The position numbers were made by a program, and so were the translations under genes. Below the pieces are notes generated by a model. It made no database searches, was not told the origin of the DNA, and saw only the letters and a list, made by a program, of their open reading frames with translations. DNA of 61,434 bases from Candidatus Levybacteria bacterium RIFCSPHIGHO2_01_FULL_38_26 (GTDB taxonomy: Bacteria; Patescibacteriota; Microgenomatia; Levybacterales; UBA12049): assembly GCA_001782075.1 (NCBI GenBank), contig MFNO01000037.1:1-61434 (forward strand). Direction: 5' to 3'. Below, piece after piece: positions 57,759 to 61,434 of this stretch (position 1 is the first letter of the stretch; each line of letters begins with the position of its first letter).

Positions 57759-58313
57759 TTAAAAAGCCACCTTTACAGCTTTTCTATCACCTTCATCAGC
57801 CTCGAAAAACTCTTCGTTTTTAAAGCCGAATAGCCTGCCGATTTGACCGCTTGGAAAGTTTGCCAGAGTTGCATTGTAATCCCTGACGTTTGAGTTGTAA
57901 AATTGCCTGGAATAGGCTATTTTTGCTTCAACATCCGATAGTTCTTTCTGCAGCTCTAAAAAATTACCGCTAGCTTTAAGATCAGGATAGTTTTCAGAGA
58001 CCGCAAACAAAGTCTTCAAAGCTGACGTGAGCATATTGTCTGACTCCGCTTTTTCGTGCGGAGTTGCGGCTTTCATGAGCGAAGCACGCGCTTGAGTAAC
58101 TTTTTCCAAAACTTCTCTCTCGTGTTTTGCGTAGCCTTTGACTGACTCAACAAGATTTGGCACCAAATCCACCCGCCTCTTCAGTTGCACGTCTATTCCT
58201 GAAAACGCTTCTTTTATACGTACTCTTCCAGTTGCAAGACTGTTATATGTGGACCATACATACAAGACAGCAACAACAGCTATCGCAATTATAATCAGTA
58301 TTCCAAAATCCAT
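57759..58313 (-). CDS. lemA: LemA-family membrane protein
   Basis: N-terminal TM helix and typical LemA blocks (YNSLATGRVRIKEA, SENYPDLKA, FYN). Confidence 0.85.
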   Translation of the reverse strand: MDFGILIIIAIAVVAVLYVWSTYNSLATGRVRIKEAFSGIDVQLKRRVDLVPNLVESVKGYAKHEREVLEKVTQARASLMKAATPHEKAESDNMLTSALKTLFAVSENYPDLKASGNFLELQKELSDVEAKIAYSRQFYNSNVRDYNATLANFPSGQIGRLFGFKNEEFFEADEGDRKAVKVAF

Positions 58314-58335
58314 TCCCTATTCACCTCCTTTATGA

Positions 58336-60108
58336 CTACATCTTTAACCATTCGTTAAAGTCATTATAGCCTAATGTATTTAGAATGTCATTTTTTTTTG
58401 CCCAGCCTCTTCTTGCCATAGCTACCCCATATTTCATTAAATCCATTTGCCACACCGCATGGCTGTCAGTATTTACGACTAATTTTATATTGTTCTTAAC
58501 TGCTTCCATAATTAATGTATCTGGTAAATCCAGTCTTGTTGGCCAGCTATTAATCTCGAGTGCTTTGTTATTTTTTTTACAAAAATCAAAAATTTTATCG
58601 AAATCCAGCTCGTATCCAACCCTCTGATTTATAAGTCTTCCTGTGGGGTGGGCGAGTATTTTTGCTTTGGGGTGGGAAAGTCCGTGAATAACTCGCTTGG
58701 TCATCTTATCTCTGCTCATTGCAAAAGAACTATGAATAGACACAATTGCACCATCCAGGATGCTCAAAGATTTATGATCAACAGCGAGTTTACCATTTGA
58801 TAAAATATCAATTTCAAGCAATTTAAATATTCGAATATTTTTAGTACTCGATTTAATTTGTTCAATATTTTCATTTCGCCTTGCTATTAATGAATATATT
58901 TGACCGGAATTATGTTTGGAAATGCTTGGATTATGTTCGGATAAGCCTATGTATTCGTATTTTAATTTTTTTGCCTGTGAAACCATTTCTTCTATAGAAT
59001 TCTTGCCAAGATCATGGCTTGGGTCGATAGCAAAGCTGGAATGAATATGAAGATCACCCTTTATGTCTGTTTGTTCAACGAGTTTTGGAAGTTTGTGTGA
59101 GATTGCGAGCTCAATCTCACCCTTATCTTCTCGAAGCTCAGGAGGAATCCAAGTCATATTCAGTTTTTGATAAAACTCCTCTTCGGTTGGAACTTGTACC
59201 ATGGTCGACTTCCCGCTTTTTGTCTTTTTCTTAATCCCATACTCAGACAAAGAAAGACCTTTTGAAAGAGCATATTCTCTAAGATGAATATTGTGATTCT
59301 TGCTTCCTGTGAAATGCTGAAGCAAAGATCCAAATCCCTGCGGCGCTTGAGTCATAAGATCTATTTGTCTTCCGCCAGAGACCAAAATCGATGCAGTTGC
59401 TTCACCTTTTTCTATAATTCTCTCTTTGTATGGATACGAAACAAAGTGGCTTATTACATCTTTTGGTTTGTTGGTCGCAACCGCAATATCTATATCTCCA
59501 ACCGTTGACATCATTCTGCGAAGGCTTCCAAGAGGAACAGCCTTTACGACATGCTGTGAGGCTTTAAGGTAACCAACTAGTTTCTCTGCAGCTTCAAAAG
59601 CATAAGGAAGCACCATTCTGCTTGTTTTGCCTATTCCGAGTCTAAATTCAGAAATAGCCCTGAGAATGTCTTCTTGTGATTTTTCGCCAAATCCTTCTAG
59701 CTTAGCAATTTTGCCTTGTTTGGCTAGTTTTTCGATGTCGCTGATAACGCTTTTTGGGTCTTGCAAGGAAAATTCTTTTACAAGTCTATAGGCTTTCTTG
59801 GGACCAAATGTCGGCACATCAAGAAGCGGATATACAGATTTGGGAACTCCAAACATTACCCACTCAAAATGCTTTACTTTTCCCTTTGTAAGCAAATCTT
59901 CCAAATGAGCGCGAATGGATGGTCCAACTCCGGGTAAAAACTCCAATTTATTTTCTTTAAAAAGCTCTTCTATTTCAAGATTTGATCCTTCAATAGCATC
60001 TGCCGCTCTTTGGTATGCAATTATTTGAAACCTATATTTCGCTTCGTTTTTTATTGCATAAGAGGCTGCGACTTGTCTTAGGATCTTGGCTATCTGAAGA
60101 TTACTCAT
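58336..60108 (-). CDS. polX: family X DNA polymerase with a C-terminal PHP domain
   Basis: HhH region GVGPSIRAHL, nucleotidyltransferase motif GSLRRMMSTVGDIDIAV, PHP motif GDLHIHSSF. Start placed at MSNLQIAKIL (60108). Confidence 0.85.
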   Translation of the reverse strand: MSNLQIAKILRQVAASYAIKNEAKYRFQIIAYQRAADAIEGSNLEIEELFKENKLEFLPGVGPSIRAHLEDLLTKGKVKHFEWVMFGVPKSVYPLLDVPTFGPKKAYRLVKEFSLQDPKSVISDIEKLAKQGKIAKLEGFGEKSQEDILRAISEFRLGIGKTSRMVLPYAFEAAEKLVGYLKASQHVVKAVPLGSLRRMMSTVGDIDIAVATNKPKDVISHFVSYPYKERIIEKGEATASILVSGGRQIDLMTQAPQGFGSLLQHFTGSKNHNIHLREYALSKGLSLSEYGIKKKTKSGKSTMVQVPTEEEFYQKLNMTWIPPELREDKGEIELAISHKLPKLVEQTDIKGDLHIHSSFAIDPSHDLGKNSIEEMVSQAKKLKYEYIGLSEHNPSISKHNSGQIYSLIARRNENIEQIKSSTKNIRIFKLLEIDILSNGKLAVDHKSLSILDGAIVSIHSSFAMSRDKMTKRVIHGLSHPKAKILAHPTGRLINQRVGYELDFDKIFDFCKKNNKALEINSWPTRLDLPDTLIMEAVKNNIKLVVNTDSHAVWQMDLMKYGVAMARRGWAKKNDILNTLGYNDFNEWLKM

Positions 60109-60180
60109 AGACAAAAAAAGCATACCAGAGCATTGATATTTCGGCAAGGCTCAACATCAACGTTGAGCTTTATCGAAGTG

Positions 60181-60209
60181 TTGACTCTGTGCCAATAATT
60201 TGTTAGGAT
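60181..60209 (+). promoter_or_regulatory. putative promoter for tRNA-Asp and the LysM gene (TTGACT-N17-TGtTAGGAT)
   Basis: -35 at 60181-60186, extended -10 at 60201-60209. Confidence 0.4.
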
Positions 60210-60226
60210 AGGGTGAAAATTCCAGT

Positions 60227-60300
60227 GGGACCGTAGCTCAGTTGGCTAGAGCGCTTCCCTGTCACGGAAGAGGTCGCGAGTTCGAGTCTCGTCGGTCCCG
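60227..60300 (+). tRNA. tRNA-Asp(GUC)
   Basis: GGGACCG TA GCTC AGTTGGCTA GAGC G CTTCC CTGTCAC GGAAG AGGTC GCGAG TTCGAGT CTCGT CGGTCCC G. Confidence 0.92.
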
Positions 60301-60324
60301 CAATACTGCCTAGGAAGGAGGAAA

Positions 60325-60918
60325 ATGGCAAGAGAAAAAGCTGTCAAATTAGAAGAGGAAACAAAAAGAAGCTGGTGGGGTGAATCATATACCAGTTTGA
60401 TACTAGGCATGATAGTTGTTGGCGTAATTGGGTTTATTATTTTCTCATTAATAAATAGACAATCTCAAGACACAAGTTCTGTAACAGATCAGACTTCAGA
60501 CGAAGCAGCAGATGGAACAGAAGCTGGGCAAAAAACATATACAGTTGTGGCTGGCGATGACCTTTGGACTATTTCTGAGAAAATGTACAAGTCGGGATAT
60601 AATTGGGTAGATATTGCAAGCGCAAACAAGCTAGAAAACCCAAATATTTTGGAAGTGGGAGCTAAACTTACGATCCCAGATGTTGAACCAAAAATAGTTA
60701 CAGTCGTACAACCGACTACAACACCAACACCAGCATCAGCACCAGTAGCAAACGAGATCAAGGGTAACGAATATACTGTTGTTTCTGGAGATAATCTGTG
60801 GGATATATCAGTAAGGGCATATAGTGATGGATTCAAGTGGGTTGAAATTGCAAAGGCAAACAATCTGGCGAATCCAGACCTGATATTTTCCGGCAACAAA
60901 CTCACGATTCCAAGGTAA
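60325..60918 (+). CDS. membrane-anchored protein with two LysM peptidoglycan-binding domains
   Basis: TM helix, then two copies of YTVV.GD.LW.IS...Y..G..W..IA.AN.L.NP..I..G.KLTIP. GGAGG RBS. Confidence 0.85.
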   Translation: MAREKAVKLEEETKRSWWGESYTSLILGMIVVGVIGFIIFSLINRQSQDTSSVTDQTSDEAADGTEAGQKTYTVVAGDDLWTISEKMYKSGYNWVDIASANKLENPNILEVGAKLTIPDVEPKIVTVVQPTTTPTPASAPVANEIKGNEYTVVSGDNLWDISVRAYSDGFKWVEIAKANNLANPDLIFSGNKLTIPR

Positions 60919-60982
60919 AAGTAGTAGACGGAATAGGCTTATGTAGCAAATTAGTCCGTGTTGTATAATGTACATTATACAC

Positions 60983-61054
60983 GCGGGTGTGGTTTAGTGG
61001 TAAAATGCTTCCTTCCCAAGGAAGAGATTGTGGGTTCGATTCCCATCACCCGCT
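60983..61054 (+). tRNA. tRNA-Gly(CCC)
   Basis: GCGGGTG TG GTTT AGTGGTA AAAT G CTTCC TTCCCAA GGAAG AGATT GTGGG TTCGATT CCCAT CACCCGC T. Confidence 0.9.
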
Positions 61055-61240
61055 CTTTTTTGTTTCACAAAAAAAGCGAGGCTCGCCTCTGAGGACACAA
61101 GGATCATTTGGTATGCTTATTTTACCACTTCTTGGTATACTTAAGCCATGAAATTAACCAATTATCCAAAAGTTGATGAAGCCATAAAGAAATTGATACT
61201 TTTGAGATAGTCTTTAAAATCTTCGAGTCATCGTGCTCAA

Positions 61241-61283
61241 ACCCGCCTGCAAGCGCCTGGAACGCTAGCGACTGGCGGGCAGG
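61241..61283. repeat. GC-rich bipartite element ACCCGCCTGCA-N21-TGGCGGGCAGG, with both 11-nt arms identical to the flanks of the tRNA-Thr D-loop insert
   Basis: 61241-61251 equals 25155-25165, and 61273-61283 equals 25248-25258. An inner hairpin is AGCG CCTGGAA CGCT. Confidence 0.8.
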
Positions 61284-61315
61284 TAGGTCCGAGCTGATTA
61301 CGGTAACCCGCTCAT

Positions 61316-61434
61316 TTATCTTTTCTCAAAAAGCACGGTTTCTCCTCTGAGGACTTTTTGGACATCTGTCTCAGTAACCGATCTAGAAGTTTTTACGGAA
61401 GTTACTCTAACAGCAGGGTTTTCTCCGATTGCTT
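61316..61434 (-). CDS. 3' end of an unidentified CDS running off the window (...AIGENPAVRVTSVKTSRSVTETDVQKVLRGETVLFEKR*)
   Basis: Open frame to the window edge with a TAA stop at 61316-61318. No family recognised. Confidence 0.35.
   Translation of the reverse strand, partial: AIGENPAVRVTSVKTSRSVTETDVQKVLRGETVLFEKR

Noticed and set aside
60149-60168. Hairpin GCTCAAC-ATCAAC-GTTGAGC upstream of tRNA-Asp, as a possible terminator
   Set aside because: No convergent or upstream gene ends here, because polX starts here and runs in the opposite direction. The trailing T-tract is weak (TTTAT). It could be a regulatory or operator-like palindrome, but I have no evidence for that.
61061-61068. TGTTTCAC half of the parS consensus, just after tRNA-Gly
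   Set aside because: Only a half-site is present. The other arm is poly-A, so there is no palindrome.
61273-61295. Resemblance of GGCAGGTAGGTCCGAGC to the RNase P RNA CR-I/P4 motif (GAGGAAAGUCCGGGC)
   Set aside because: Two universally conserved A residues are substituted. No P1-P3 or downstream conserved regions can be drawn. The same arms occur at the tRNA-Thr insert, so a repeat element is the better explanation. An SRP-RNA-like GGAA loop was rejected for similar reasons, because the AGCA/GGAA symmetric-loop motif is absent.
61086-61354. 11-nt direct repeat CCTCTGAGGAC at 61086-61096 and 61344-61354, next to tRNA-Gly, as possible att sites of a small integrated element
   Set aside because: The second copy lies inside the partial minus-strand CDS, where it encodes VLRGE. 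No integrase or other cargo is present, and the repeat is short.

Overview
This is a 61.4-kb, AT-rich (by eye), densely coding bacterial chromosomal window. It uses the standard genetic code, since TGA acts as a stop in several ATGA start/stop overlaps. I call about 55 CDS, 5 tRNA genes and no rRNA, CRISPR array, transposase or integrase.

Layout:
- 128-7150 (+): two giant ORFs forming a MoxR/CbbQ-NorQ-type AAA+ / vWA pair. The vWA protein also carries a transglutaminase-like core and a D/E-rich linker.
- 7207-8307 (+): ftsZ.
- 19007 down to 8973 (-): a long operon of AI-2E permease, UPF0182 membrane protein, two alpha/beta hydrolases, acpS, a GPH/MFSD2-like MFS transporter, and a three-domain acyl-AMP ligase / ACP / PlsC acyltransferase fusion. 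I read this as an exogenous lipid salvage and re-acylation module.
- 19075-25101: ileS, rodA/ftsW-family gene, rplU, rpmA, parB, lepB.
- 25134-25308: a tRNA locus.
- 25314-37656 (+): a 12-kb surface glycosylation island with GT4, three GT2, a DegT aminotransferase, a flippase, a methyltransferase, three GT-C-like membrane proteins and an O-antigen-ligase-like protein.
- 38548-60108 (-): pyrE, pyrF, LOG-like gene, CE4 deacetylase, pyrD, the atpBEFHAGDC operon, dnaE, gatCAB, murT/gatD, htpX, lemA, polX.
- 60227-61054 (+): tRNA-Asp, a LysM protein, tRNA-Gly.

The gene repertoire and operon style resemble a small-genome, single-membrane bacterium, possibly from the candidate phyla radiation (Patescibacteria). 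I cannot verify that without a database search.

Most unusual signals:
1. A complete tRNA-Val(CAC) gene sits inside the D-loop of a tRNA-Thr(CGU) gene. It is clamped by a GC-rich helix whose 11-nt flanks recur verbatim at 61241-61283.
2. A second tRNA-Thr(CGU) locus has an orphan tRNA 5' fragment broken at the same D-loop position, followed by a GC-rich hairpin.
3. The giant AAA+/vWA/transglutaminase gene pair.
4. The lipid-salvage operon with its ligase-ACP-acyltransferase fusion.
5. Structured palindromic or heptanucleotide-repeat insertions lie in frame inside essential genes (gatB, ileS, murT).
6. A 16-bp frame-shifting tandem repeat lies inside a GT-C gene.
7. ORFs start 3-5 nt after tRNA 3' ends, and promoters abut start codons, which suggests leaderless mRNAs.
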